From Lama guanicoe (taxonomy: Eukaryota), in the NCBI GenBank assembly GCA_013239625.1, contig MU056703.1, positions 919,185 through 983,184 of the forward strand: DNA of 64,000 nucleotides. The letters run 5' to 3'. The position numbers and the translations under genes are program-made. Shown in pieces: positions 36,401 through 50,114 of the stretch. Positions within the stretch are counted from its first letter, which is position 1. The number at the start of each line of letters is the position of its first letter. The notes below the pieces were generated by a model. That model was not told the origin of the DNA. It was given only the letters and a program-made list of their open reading frames with translations, and searched no databases.

Positions 36401-39400
36401 GACACCAGGCTGCGCTGGAGCCCAGGTGCCAGCGTCGGTGCAGCCGGAACGACTTGTTCTGTGTGGCACTGAAGTGGGTCAGTGTCCCTGATGCTCTGTC
36501 TAGCAAACTGACGGTGAAGCTGACCGTGCCCTGTTGAGGAGAACTAGGTTCTATGGGTTGGTTCTGTTGAGAAGAGCTTCGCAGGGGAGGAGGAGCTGAA
36601 AGATCAACAAAGAAAAGGCTCTGAGCAAGGTCGATGCTCGATGTTTTGTTACTATCCTGGGACCCCCCCCAAACCGACACTTGGCCAAGGGGCCTTGGTG
36701 AGGCCCGGAGTGTCTGTTCATAGAACTGAGCGGCCAGAGGAAGCAATCAACCTAGTGGTCAGAGGCGGTGGTACCACCAGCCCCGCCCGTCGTCGTGGGT
36801 CCTGGGTAACAGCCACACGCTGCAAAGTAGGAAGAAGAGAAACGAGATGAGCAAGTGGCCAAGAGGAAGCAAAGCCACCCCCCCCAGAGGCAGCAAAAGT
36901 GGCCACTGGGACCTAACGGTCTGCTTGGTGTGTGGGGATTGATCTGGGAAACAAGCAAACAGAAACAAACCCTTTGGCAAGTTGGGAGTTAGGGGACCAG
37001 TTACTGGCGCAGTGCTGACCAGCAGCCAGGCCGCCGTGCACTCAGCGGCCCGAGTTTGCTGGAACTGATGCACGAGGACAGCCCTCTGTTCTCGGGCGGG
37101 CCAGAGCTGCTGGACGTGACGTCTCAAGATGAAAGCCTGGAAGAGTCTCTGGCCCTTCAGCCAGCCGCCCTCTCTCTGTGTCCCAGGTCCGTGACACGGA
37201 AGGACTAACTGCCCGCCCTTCCCGACAGAACCAGACACAGCTGTCTGCCCACCCACGGCCAGGGCTGTCCCCGGGGCTGCTGATACAGGCTGTGCTGGCG
37301 CTCAGGGAGGCCCTCCTCGCTCCCACAGTGGACTGCGGACGTGTCCAGAACAACCAAGGGTCAGGGGCAGCCCGTGTGAACATACACTGTCACGCAGTCA
37401 GTTAACCAGGGGGCGTGGCCTACTGTGTCCCTACCAGCCCTCGCCGCAGACGGGCTCGCACTGCAGGCGGTCATCGGTGTGGTTAGTCCTCATCCAACGC
37501 CAGGCGCGGGGGCAGCTCACTTTAGGAAACTTGCCAAGGTTAAGAAAACGTGGACTAGGCATGTCTCACCACAGTTCTTCACCTGATTCCAGCGTGGGAT
37601 CAAGGACAGACCTGGCATGAAAGAGGTGGCCCTGAGCCATCTCATCCTCAGGTGCCCGAGTCCTGCCCGTGGACGGGAGATGGCCAGCGCCTGCCACAGG
37701 CACGCACTGCCCCTCGGACTCTGTTCACCTGTCTCTCCTTTTCCTTCTTCTCTTGGCCCTTCTCCCTCTGCTGTCCTCGGAGCCTCCAGAGCTTTTCTCG
37801 TGAGCTCTGATTTCTCAGGAGAGTGATAGACTGGGGTGTTGTAGACAATGATAGTCCTGGCTAAACAGTGTCACTGAATTATTTCCTTTTTCTTGCGAAG
37901 TTCTCTGTGAACTGTGAGCTCATTTCCCTGTCTTGTCGCCGTCCGCAGAGGGCAATGAGCCCAATCAAACATGCCTCTCGTGTTTGCACACTGTCCCGGG
38001 TCTTGGGTCATCATTCCTAGTATAAATCTCGTTGACGTTTAGATTAAATGTAGAGCAGGAGTTTATTCTGGGAAGAAGCAACCTGGGGACACACATTCGG
38101 TGTGGTTTCTGAGATCAGCCTGAAACGTGACGTGATTTTTCTCTTTCTTCGACTTACGGAAGGCGACAGACCAGCGAACGTGTGGGCCAACTGATCCTTC
38201 TGATCAGTAGAGTCTGGTTCATTCGAAAAGATGTCCCTTTCATCTCGGCCCTTAAAACATGTAAGGCTCAGCCCCTTGCTGAAGACCAGCCTCTCGGAGC
38301 GCGACAACTTTTTGTGTGGCTTTGAATCCAGCTCACGCCAAAGGCAGGACACACAAGACAGACACCTTTTGTCTTCAGGTTAATTGCGAAGAATCTCTTA
38401 AACAGCCCCCCACCGCAGAGAGCCCCGAGCACCATCTTCCCTGTTTGCAGATGTTCATTTGAACAGTCAGAACCGCTCCCTACACCGCCCCCAGGTACCT
38501 GCCCCCGGCTGTGTGTCTCTGATATGAAATAAGCCTGGGTTATCCTGGTGGCCCTAAGTCAGCACCTGAGACGTGACACTTGGAGCAGACATCTCGTGAT
38601 GGTTCTGATAAGGCTCTGGAACCTTCCTCCCCCTCTGAGTGCAAAAATGTTTGTGTAAAATCAGATCAAATAAAAGGTCTCTCCCCGGTCCCTCGGCAAA
38701 ATCATCTTTCACTTAGTGAAGTTAAGCAAATATTGGCCTGGCTCTGTAGGGTTTAACCTTTCGAATGTGCGCTGTGAGTTCATCCTTTGTTTGAAAAAGA
38801 AAAGGCACTTTGAAATCATGGTTTCGCCTCTCTGAGGAGTTTATTCTCTGCCAGTCTCCAAGGAGGCTCCTGCTCTGCTGTTAGGTCTGGGTGGGGAGCT
38901 GGACGAGGACGAGAGAGAGACGGGGAAGCCGCCTTACAAGCAGGCCACACCGAGCGAAGGATGCGGAAGGGGGTGTGGGGGCGCTCCTCACGCACGTAAA
39001 CTTCCACTGGAGAGCATCAGCACAGCTTTAAAAATAGAATTAACGTTTTCTAAAAATAGTATCGACTGCAAGTGTTTCCAGTGAGAGCAAAACAAAAATC
39101 AGGCCATTGGGATATTTCAAAAACATGATGGTGTCAGTTGTGCTAAGGTGGCGCATGGAGAGGACACGGGGGCCGTGCGTGTGCTGGACCCTCTGCCGGA
39201 GCTGTCCTGCCACTGCTGGGCCTGGAGGAAACCACCCTCCCTGAGGGGCCCCGTTAGAAACTGGAATTTTTAGAAACATTACAAAATGTCGGGAAATACA
39301 GTCTCCCACCGAGGGGAGGCATTCCAGGTTGCAGGGCGTGGATTTGCTCCTCAGAAGCACGTGCTGGCGAGGACGTGAGGTGGGAGGCAGGACTGGGGTG

Positions 39401-40379
39401 GGGGAGGTCTCCCAGGGTGCCGAGGGCGGGAGGCGCAGACCCTGGCGGTGGACCAGGCCTCCCCTCCGAGGGGAGAACGGCTGAATCTGAGACAGTGGAG
39501 GAGGCAGCGTCCACCAGCACCTCAGCACCACCTTCCTGCCTGGCTCGCCCAGGCTGCACTTCCAAGGGCATCGTGGCTACAGTGTCCACCTGCGCAGACA
39601 GAGGAGGCAGTTGTCAGGTGCCGCGGCTCCAGATCCGAGGCCACAGGAAGCTGCCCAGAAATAGGGGCGCTGGGTCCTGCCTTCTGGGCCAGACTTTGTG
39701 TGCGGATGTTGGTGCCCTGCAGTTCATCCACGGAACACCCCTGTTCTCACGGTGGGAGGCACGCACCTCTGCTGGCTCCCCTTGTCAGGCCGTGGGCAAC
39801 ACGAGACGTTCAAAATCATTGTAAAAACTCAGTGAAAAGAGAATAGAGTGAAACTTTCCCCTAAAGAATAAAACTGCTAAATAACTTTTGACCCCTTTGA
39901 AAAATAGTAGAAGCAGCTCAAGATAATAATTACAAAAAAAAAGGCAAGAGAGACTATGCTGTGTGACCAGCAGTGAGCGGGCAGGCTGAATGGTGACAAA
40001 GTATGTGCTTGGAACAAATAAAGGATGCTGTGCTTTTATCCTTAAAAACGTTTTTTTTCCTCATGTGATCAGCCAAGAGTTGGCCATGGCTTCCCCACTC
40101 CAAACCATCTCCTTTAACATGGAAAGAGGATTTCTGTACTTCATTATTTGCATGGAGCTTCCTGAAAACCAAATTTCTGGTTTTTGTGTCAGAAAAACAT
40201 AAGCACTCATATTATTTGATTAGACTTGATGAACAGTGGCGACTGAGTGCGGGGACCTTGACTCGATTGCGCTGCCCAGCCGTCAGCACGCCCCTGCTGG
40301 TTCTCCTTCGGCTTCTGTTTCCTCATTGTAGGTGGAGAGACAAAGGAACCAAATTCTCTGCAGCACAAAAAAGGGAGGA

Positions 40380-40640
40380 GTGGGTGCATGATAAACAGGG
40401 ATGTGACAGGTCAAATGATGATCGGTACACACAGAGGTGGCAGAGGAGACGGAAGAGGGAGACGATGGATGAGAGATGCTCGGTGATGAATAGATGGTGG
40501 AGCCGTAGCAGGCGATAGAGACAGACAGAGGACAGACAGACACACGACAGACACGTGGGTGATGGGTGGGTGGGGATGGATGATTGAACAATGATCAATA
40601 GAGATAACAGATGGTTAGTTAGACAGGCAGACAGACAGGC
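40380..40640 (+). repeat. degenerate purine-rich (GATA/GATG/GACA)n low-complexity tract
   Basis: GATAAACAG...GATGGATGAGAGATG...GATAGAGACAGACAGAGGACAGACAGAC...GGATGGATGATTG...AGATAACAGATGG...AGACAGGCAGACAGACAG. Confidence 0.7.
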
Positions 40641-43600
40641 ATGTCAGCTGAGCGCTGACCCACAGCCCTGCGCCCTGCGTGACGGCAGGTGGTCCCAAGG
40701 AAGGATGTCGGCAGCCATGAACAGAAGAAGCTGCAAATCCTCGATCAGATTAATCCCGGTGTTAAACTATTATCCCAAATTATAAGCTGACGCAGAAAAC
40801 AGACCAACGATTCTCTTTAAAATAACTTTTTAAGAAAGAAAACACGGTGGATACATTTCACCAAGTCGTCACTGACGTCTGAAGGTGTGTGTGTATCAGC
40901 CCACCAGGCCCCTGCGGGCGCACTGCCTCGCTCTGCCCCGCTGGACATGCCGATGTTACTGAGGGGCTGTGAACATCCTTGGGCCCGGGGACTCTTCCTT
41001 CTGTCACGTGTGCCTTCTGGTTAAGTCTCTCCTGATCCGTCAGCTGAGATTCCCGCATGGGTGCGACTGTGCAACAGAAATGCAACAGAAAACTGTTTTT
41101 GAGAGGCTGAATGCCAACAGTAACATTTGCAGATGTGAAGGGTCTAAGTTTCTTTAGCTTAAACAGAACTGAATGCTCGGAAAGGACAAAGAGAAAACGT
41201 GCCTTTTCTATCAAGCTCGTGTTCTGGCTTTGCAGACAGCTATATTGTAGCGGTGAGCACCCCCAAAGCGCCCCCGGCCGGGGAAGCTGAGCTGCCCGGC
41301 AGGAAGGGAGCGGCCGGGGCGGGGTGACCGCTCACATTTCTGTCACTTACCCCTGGGGTTCTGCACTTTACCTTCTATTGTGCTTATGTTTCCCTTTGAA
41401 TACGTGGCACACGGGTATTTACAAAGGCGAAAATACGGATTGACAAAGAATTTTTCATTATTTAGAAGAAATATAGGATTTAAACTCTGGTCGTGCGTTA
41501 AGATCCGTTTAATTTGTACACTCGGGAGGCCTCGTGTTTAGGGATCCAAACTGACACATTTGGTACGCTTTGATAGATATCTATGAAAAATACAATTTCA
41601 GACTTTATGAAAATGCAGACGTTGAACAAAGCAAGAATTTAAACCATTATGTTAAAATTGTCCTCAACTTCCCAAGCCTGACAAAGAAAAACAAAAACAC
41701 AGTAGCAAACCAGGCAGTGTTGGCGGCAGCTTCTGTCCGGCCAGACGCACAGCCCAAGCGCCACGGGGGTGGGCAGCTCCTGGGGTAGCCAGTGTGTGTG
41801 TCACTGTCTTGAGCCGATGCTCGACTTTGAGGCTCTGGGAAGTGGGGTTTGAACGGCAGGTGCCAGTGGCCACTGGACTAAGACTGAATTTCATCAAAAT
41901 TGGCAAAAGGGAGGGAAAGGTTGGCATGCCTGAGCTGCGGGAATGGCTGGAGTGGTGGCGTCTTCTCTCAGTTGATCACGTTTCCAGAGGGAACAGACAG
42001 GTCCGTCCTGCTCCCTGCCAGCCGCTCCCACGTCAGATTTAGCAGCATTGGGAAGCAGCTAACTGCTTCCAAACGGCGTCGCCATCCATGTTGAAGAGTC
42101 TCCACGCCTGTCGTGACTTGAGGCTTGGAATCCAGGGCCGTGGGGCTGGCTGACTGGCATGGGGGAGCTCGGCCAGCCCTGAGATGGTCTGGAGGGAGGG
42201 GAGAGAAGGCGGTGGGGAGAGAAGGATGGGGACCGTCGCCCCATGGTGAGAAGAGGGAGATGGTGGTGGCGATGCTTCGAAAGCTTAGCGGAAGGAGGAT
42301 GCAGTTGGCTGGGTGGAGAAACGTGGAGAAGGTGCTCTCCTCTCCTTTGTGCACGCCCCCAGTCAGAAGCGCGGTCACTGCTCCAGGACCAGCGGAGCTC
42401 AGTGGAAACAGCTGTTGTGCTGCGGCTCTGCCCTCTGGCTGGGTGGCTGGCCTGTCCACCTGGACAGTGCATGGGCCAGGACTTACCCTCGCCACCAGCT
42501 CTGTGCTTTTGGTGAAGACATGAAACCTCCGAGCATCAGTCCCCGACTAAGATGAGGGCGTGCACCGCCCTTCTCGTCGGGTTTTGGTGAGGATCAAACA
42601 GGCAGAAAGGCTCAGGGACCGCTGCCGACGGCTCAGAGTCTGCTGACACTTCCCTCCCCCGGCTGCTGCCCGGCACCAGATGCCTGAGGTTTCAGCCCTT
42701 ACCTGGCGTTGAGCAGAAAACGAGCAAGACCCGAAGCCTTCCTGACAAGCTCAGCACCTCGGTGGCACACAGGCTCCCGGCAAAGGTGATAAAATGACCA
42801 CGAGATGTCCAGGCCGCAGGGCAGAATCTGCCCTTTGCCTCAACGTGAGAACCAAGTATTCTGTTCCAACTATGGACGCACAGCTCACACACCAGTATGT
42901 GGAACATAAAAAGTGACATTAAGTTACTGTATCCACAAGGTTCCTAGCCTCGAATCGATGAGACTGTGGACTCCTGTAGCCAGACATTTACGGCCAGGAA
43001 TGCCTTTAGTTTTGCGATGCTAAACCAGCCGCTTTAGTCATTTCAGAATCTTGGCCAGTCACCCAGTTGCCGCTGATCTGCACACACGTCCGGATGGTTG
43101 TACCTGATATGGACGGGCTCCTGGAGGAGGTTAACTGAAAACACACAAGAGAGAGAGCTCAGTTGCCCTTTTAACTAAATGTCTCTGGGAAGCGTGTGAC
43201 TAATAATTAAGCATCGTTCTGTCATTTTAGACAATTAGCGCTAGCCAGTAAGTGCACGTGGCTTCACGGGCTTTCCAAGCAAATGTCCCCAAGCCTCCAG
43301 GGGCCGCCTCTGTTTTCATAGTTCATATCGCTTGGGGCTTAATCCTGAAATTACTCGATTCTCTACACCACAAGACAGTCTGTTTTCCACATGACTACAA
43401 GTCACGAACGGCGAATCTGCTAGGCCGGACCTCACCGTACCAGATCGTGTCTTTCTGAGGTTTTAGGCCAAACGTAGCCAGCTTTACTGTTTCAGGGGGC
43501 CTGCACTGAGTCTCTCAGGTAAGCGCTGCCTGACATCACTGTCTTCTCATTAACCACCAGGAGACTATCCTTTACCAGTCGTGCAGCTTCAGCGGCAAAG

Positions 43601-46600
43601 TTGATTTTGCCCTTTAGTGGTAAAGTATTTCACTCTGGGGCCTCATGCGCAAAGATGAGAAGCCAAATTGAATTTAAAAATTGTCTAAGAAAATGTTTCT
43701 CCCTCCCAGTGGACCTTAATTTTTGAAATAAACACTGAATCTTCGGGAAGCAGAAACTGCTTTTCCTGCAAGCCACTGTCCAGGTACAATAATCTAAAGC
43801 CACAACTTGGGTCGGGCTTCCACACCCACCCTGTCGCTTTCTCCAGGGTTCTCCTCGGTTTCTGTGAAAACAGCCAGACGCCCCAGCCGATCACAGAGCA
43901 CAGACCGCCGGAGAGACGGGCTGAGTCACAGTTCCTCCTCTCTCCTCCAGATCGCTGCTCACTCACAGGAGCAAAGCAGGAACCGCGGAGAAGGAGTCCG
44001 CAAGCTGCTCTAATCAGAGGCTTGTGTCCAGCAAATCTGTCATGAAACGGTGCTTCTTACAGTAAGAATGGATTGACAGCGCATCACTGGAATGAACATG
44101 CTGAAAAAATCGGTTCAACCAGTACAGAACAAACAGGTCATTCGTCCGCACCCCCCCACCCGCCGACGCAGCAGCTCAGACCAGGAAGCGTCCCGGAGGA
44201 AACGGATCCAAGCGTCGCCCCACCCCGGACCCGACATTCTTCTCCTCGTCTGTTGTCCCCTCATCTTACACAGACTGAGTCGGCGCACGCCTGCCCCGGT
44301 CCTCACCGGGACGGTGCTCACGGGGTGGGCACTAACGTTAGCTGTGTATTTGCTATTAAAAGTTACTTATTTTAGATGATAAGTAATTTCATTTAAAAAA
44401 AAAAGCTAGAAAATGAAGGAAGGAAGGAAGCTGATGGTTTGCAGGCCTTTGGACTCAGGCCGAGCCGCGCGCCGGCCTTCCTGGGCCTCCGGCTCGCAGA
44501 TGGCAGACGAGGGCCGGCCTGGCCTCCGGGGCCGCGCGGGTCAGCTCCGTGGGGGCTCCCTCTGTCTCGTCGGTCCTGTTCTGGGGACCCCGACTCACAC
44601 CGACCCTGCCGCCCGCCAGGTGCAAACCCCGCTGCAGAGAAGGAGGGACAGGCAGTCTGTTCATCTCTCTGCCCCTGCGGCAGTGCCTCCACGGAACGGG
44701 GCCCAGCACGTGTTCTGTAAAATGAATTGAAATTATTTTTTTTAAAAAAGCCAGAGGCTGCATTTCCTCAGCTCTCTCACGAAACCTCTCTTCTGTCTCT
44801 TCCTCTGATGTCAGGCCAGCGTCTGCAACACAACAGAAAGGGACGGTCAGGGGATCTGGCTTCCTGGGGCGCGGTGGCTTTTACCAGTGAACGAACGTCA
44901 GAGCCAGAACTCGAGCACAGATCACGGCCTCTGGGAGCCCAAGACGGCAGGGCGCCCGCCGAGGCTGGCGCAGTGACCGCGTCAGCTGGAAGGAGCGCCC
45001 GTCGCCGAGGAGCTGCGAGGGCCTGTCACGGCCCGGCCCGCACCACCCGGGCTCCGTCCTCGCCGCAGGTCACATGCGGTCACTGTGCACGTCGGACCCA
45101 TCCTGTCTGGTAGCAAGTCGGGCCCTCGGGAGGTGACGAAGCCCCCGGGTCTGCCTCGACACCACAGGAGCCTGTCACCCTCCCGGACCTCTGTGCGGCC
45201 TGGTGACGTCACGTTTGACCACGGGGCCCTCTGAGCTGTCGCCCAGGCTGTGGGTTTCTTCCCACTTCTCAGCTCAGGTATCTACCAGGGGGCCCTGCCA
45301 CCTGCCGGCCTGGTGCAGCCCCGTAACCTCACGATGCGGGTGGCGGTGGACTTGAGTCCACGTGGCCTGGAGCCCCGGGTTGGCCACTGGGCGCCGCGTG
45401 GCGCAGTGACTGCTGGGGGCTCCTGTGCCAGCGCTCGCCGCGGCGCCCCAGCCCTCGTCTGCTCCCCGCGGGAGGACAGTCCTCGTTCTGTCACCCAGAC
45501 GCTGCTGTTTAGAAGCAATTTGTGCCGCACACAGTGCTTCCTAGAGGCGTGCTGTTGGGCTCGAGGACAGGCTCCCCAGTGCACGTCAGGGCCGGCGCCC
45601 CGGGAGCCGGCCGCCTCCTGCTCCGTCCGGGGGAGCGCTGCAGAGCCCGGCACTGCTGCGGGGGGGTCCTTCTTCTTTAAAGGCTGTGAAGAGCTCGGGC
45701 AGCCAGCGCGAACGCCTGTGGCCGGCGGGGTTGGAATGGCCTCGTTCTGGGCGTCCCGACACCGAGACGGAGAGGTTAGGGGGCACGTGCCGCCCCTTTC
45801 TGTGCTGAGGCACCGGCCCCTCCTCGGGGCTCCTGCAGGAAAAGACTTCGTGTATCAGGGAAGTCGAGGAGCATGTCATTGACTTGACAGCAGACGGAGG
45901 CTGTTAAGAAAGTTTGCTAAAATAAACAATGAACCTGCGCCCTGCAGGAAGGGCGAGACTGCCGTAATGACCAGTGAGGCGACTGGAGAGCAGGCGACGC
46001 GTCCTCACCGTCCTCACCACAGGGAGCCGCCCGGCCCCGGCGTCGAGAGGGCCCTGTTGATGGACGGTTGAGGCAAGTAGTGACAGGGACTTGGGATATA
46101 AAACCTAGTTAAACAGAGAAAACAGAGACAGCCTGCGAGTGCTGTCCGTAAGAGGTGTTTGAAAGGCCTTGTTAAGTCCGTAGTGCAGTGGGGGGCCCTG
46201 AGGCGCCCCTCGGGGAGGAGCGGGGAGCAGGGGCCCCTCGGTGCCTCCCGTCCCTGAGACAGGACACCTGTCTTTCCTGATGTCCTCCTCTCAGCCAGAC
46301 GCGGCTCGTAGGGCAGGGCTGGTCCCTGCGACTCTCTCTCTCCCCAGTCTGCGTGTGAGTGTGCGTGCGTGTGAGTGAGCGCGTGTGGCCGTGTCCCCCA
46401 CTGCCCCCCGCTGGAGGCGGCGGTGAGCGCGCGGAGCCCAGAGCCTGCAGGTGCTGAGCGGGAGGAGGCCGCGCGCGCGTCCCGGGCATGCGCGTCACTT
46501 GCAGCGCGCTGGTCGTCTGTTCTGGGTCAACGTTGCTGCTCCACGACCGCGCGGCAAGCTGACCGAGCCCAGGGCGTTCGCCGGGAGCCCTGACAAGCCT

Positions 46601-49243
46601 GATTTCCCTCGGTGCATGGCGGGTGGGGTCTCCACGGAAAGGAGGGGCTGCCTGGCCGGGCACGCTCCGCTGTCATGGCAACAGGGAGTCGGCACCACCA
46701 GCACCACAGCCGTGCATCACGAGTTCAGTGCTCCACTAATCACAAAATAATCCCTCCTTTATGATTCTGGGCCGGATTCCTGGAAGTATGAGCCCCCTGT
46801 GGCAAGTGCCAAACTGCGGAATAAAACCACGGGGAAAAGTGCGACCATGCAGAGCGGCCGTGGTTTCGCACAAAGTAGCCCGCAGGTGTTTGCAGTTGGT
46901 CTTAAGGCAGTGTCCCAGGGGTGTCTGTAGCCTTAGGTAGCAGTTCCCCAAACCCGGGGTCAGGTGTCTCCGGCTGGAGAGCGGGTTCAGGACCCGCCTG
47001 AGTCCTCGTGGCGTCTGCACGAGATGGAGGGGACCAGGCAGAGCCCAGGCTGGGAGGCGATCACCCCTCGAGGCAAAGCTCGGGAACCACGGCCCAGGGA
47101 GGCTGGGCCCTGGTGGACTCGCCTGGAGGGAAGCCCACCGCGTCCCTCCAGACCCACCTCACTTCCTCCTGCCTGTTCAGAAAGCATCCTGTTAGGGGGC
47201 GAGGCCCTGTGCTGCCCCTCAGGTGTAGCGCCAGACCTGTCCTGGGCAGGAGCGTCTTCCGAACCTGCTTCTGCTGCAGCTCCTCTCCCCTCCGTCTGGT
47301 TGAGGTCGGAAACTCACGCTGACTTGGACTTGAACTTGGCTAAATACAGACTTGCTGGGAGCCTCTGCTTCCTGGGTTTTCTGAGAGGAAGCAGGGAGGC
47401 TGGAGAGAGCCCACAGCCTCCTGATCACACCCCCAAGGTGCCTGTGCGCGCCAGGCTCCCCCTACACCAAACGAAATTTGGAACCCTCCCAGGCTGCCCT
47501 CGGGGGTCTGTGGGGATGAGGCTGCTCGCCTCTGACTGGGCGCAGTTGTGAGCGAGGCCGTGTACACAGAGGACAGAGACCACCAGGTCCACACACACCT
47601 GGATGAGCTTGGAAAGGGCACTTCCTGCACTTGAGAACCGTGGTCTCACTAAATGATGGAGTAATTCTACGCCCCCACTGACGGTCATCGCATCGCTGCC
47701 AAGAAGGACGGCTCCCTTCACTCTGGTTGTGTCCCCAGAGGCCGTGGCTTCCATTCTGAAGACACTGGCGACACCTCCTGGGCTCTCGGGGAAGCTTCGC
47801 ACCGGTAGGTGTGGATGCCCAGGTCAGGGAGTGGGTGTGCGTCCTCGGTCCTCACCATTACCTTGGGCACTTGGGGCCCTGAACATTGTTCAGTGGTGGC
47901 TGGTTAATACCTGGGTACAGATACGCATGTCAGAGGGAAAACGAACCCCCAGGTCTCCGAAAGGTTGGATCTCCCGTAAGCACCTGCACCTGCGTCTTGA
48001 CTTGTTCATGGTTCAATGGCAGGGCATCCTCAGGTCACCGGGCAAAATGACCTGGAAGCCTCTCCTCCATCCCCGAGGCCCCCTGATTTCCAGCAGTGCA
48101 GGTGGTCACAGAGTGGGATGGGGCACCCCTACCCCATTCCCTCTGCCCAGGAGTCTCAGCCTGAGCCAAGCTCTCCACCTGCCTCCTGTGAATGGCGCCG
48201 TAGTGACAGTTTACGCAGGGTGCATCCACACGGCTGGCAGGTGTGTGGGGACGGCAGCCCTGGATCCTGGGAGTGGTCTGTACCTGGCTGACCCAGCCCC
48301 CTCCTGATGTCGTGGACTGAACACTCCTTCTGCTTGCGGTGGCCAGGAGGCTGGAGACCATCGAGACAGTTCCAAGAAGCAGGAGCGTTGCCTGCGCCCC
48401 CAGGAGACTCGCCAGCGCCGGTGTGGACGAGGCTCTTCTCCCGCTGGGTTAGAGCAGACATACGTGGGTGTCATGTCGCTCTGTTCCACACCCAGCCGCA
48501 GCTCCCTCCGGGAGCCTGCCCTTGGAGAGCTGTTCTGTTGTGAAGAAGTGTGGAGAGAACACAGGTTCCACGTGCTCACCGTCAGCCGCACGCGGTATAA
48601 GCTTGGAAACATCAGCAGGGTCTCCATCGGGAGCAGAACACTCGCCTGTGGCGGCGCAGCCCAGCCTGGTGGCGTCACTCTGAAGGGGATGGCCGGCTAC
48701 AAGCCACCGCCCCGCATGGGCCGTGGGCTGCCTCGGCTCTGCCCCTGGCGTCAGAGAACATGAGTTCTCAGGAGGAAAGAGCCTCCTTTCTGGCCCCTTT
48801 TAAAGTCCCGACTCCTGGGTGGCCCACGCCTGAACTCGACACTCACCCCTTCTCCCAAGTTTATTCTCACGGTCCAGCCTGGAGTCTCTGTCCCCATGAT
48901 GACAGCACCCGAGGGCTGCCCGGCCGGCAGAGGACAGTACAGTGTTGAGGGGGAGCGATTCACCAGCATCTTCCCTCCATCCCCCCAACTCCAGCCGGCG
49001 CCCTTTGAACGCTGACCTCGGTGCCCCCAGCCACCTTGTCCCGCTCGGGACTCCTCCCGCCTCCCCCTGGCCGTGCAGGGCAGACTCTGTGGTCTCTCCT
49101 GCTTGTGCCCCGAGGCCCGCGCGCAGGAGGGGCACCTGCCTTCACTGGCGGGGCTGCAGCTGTGCCGCAGCTGCGGGAGGCGGCGGGGCTGCTGGCACAT
49201 GGGGAGGGCTGCCAGAGAGGGAAGGGCCCCCTGCCCCCGGACT

Positions 49244-49291
49244 GGGACGCACCTCCTGTCCCGTCCCGGGACGCACCTCCTGTCCCGTCCC
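49244..49291 (+). repeat. perfect 24-bp tandem duplication
   Basis: GGGACGCACCTCCTGTCCCGTCCC x2 (starts 49244 and 49268). Confidence 0.95.
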
Positions 49292-49560
49292 GGACCCAGG
49301 TCCTGGCCTCGTGCCAGGAAGCAGCTGTTGAGCCAGTGAACAAATGAATGGATGAATGAGCGAGTGGATGGAAGAGTAAAGGAGTGAGTGAATGAACAAG
49401 CGAACAAGTGAAGAACGCGGCGACGAGGAACCAACACCGGACGGATGGGTGCGTGAGCGAGCATCAGACAGCTGAGTGACGGCTGACCTAATAAACAGAC
49501 GAGTGGACGGAAGGATGGACGGACAAGTGGACAAATGAGCAAACGCAGGAAGGAAGGAAG
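49292..49560 (+). repeat. L2 3' tail running into a degenerate (TGAA/TGGA/TGAG/CGGA)n tract
   Basis: GGTCCTGGCCTCGTGCCAGG...TGTTGAGCCAGTGAACAAATGAATGGATGAATGAGCGAGTGGATGG...GGACGGAAGGATGGACGGAC...GGAAGGAAGGAAG. Confidence 0.65.
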
Positions 49561-49714
49561 CAGTAGCCATTTCTGTGCTGACTTCCCGGCCCCCGGACCC
49601 TCAGCCCCGTCCACTCAGGAGCCCTGCTGCTGCCCCACCTCGAGCCACCGCCCCACGAAGACCTGCAGATGGAGGAGGGCTCTTGCGGCAGCAGGGCACC
49701 CACAGAGGTGGCAG

Positions 49715-50114
49715 CGGGGCCGTCGAGAGGCGGGTGAGGCGAGTGAGGGACGTGCCTGGCACAAAATCTCAGTCATCTAGATAAATGCCATTTTAATGCT
49801 GTATGTGAAAAATCAGAATTAATGCAAAACCCATGACAAAAAAGAACTTTTAAATACAGACAGGATTACTATTCCTGATTTTTTTGCCCCAGGCTCCAAT
49901 ATGGCTCATTACAAAACCGTCTTTATGTCAAATTCTGATATTTTGTTCATCATGATCTTTTGCATGAATGTTGATATTTGAACATGTTGCATGAGGACAG
50001 TATTTGTCTCCATTTCTGAGAGTTGTTTGGGCTTTTTTGTTTGTTTTTTTCTTTTGTTTGGTGCCTCCATAAATGTCACGCCCCGGGGTGGCTCAGCCCC
50101 GGTGGCAGTGGCTG
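49715..50114 (+). mobile_element. MER96B-like palindromic non-autonomous hAT element
   Basis: Left TIR CGGGGCCG...GGGTGAGGCGAGTGAGG; arm AATCAGAATTAATGCAAAACCCATGA...TAAATACAGACAGGAT; centre GCCCCAGGCTCCAATATGGCTC; inverted arm GTCTTTAT...TGATATTTTGTTCATCATGATCTTTTGCATGAATGTTGAT; right end TTTGGTGCCTCCATAAAT...GCCCCGGGG. Confidence 0.8.

Noticed and set aside
19125-37416. CTCF-like motifs (19125-19138 minus; ~37403-37416 plus)
   Set aside because: Each has mismatches to the core and such matches are expected by chance in GC-rich DNA.
48751-49614. Longest ORF (287 aa, minus strand)
   Set aside because: It runs through the degenerate tetranucleotide tract and the 24-bp duplication (HSFIHS, PGRDRRCV x2); low-complexity artefact with no domain.
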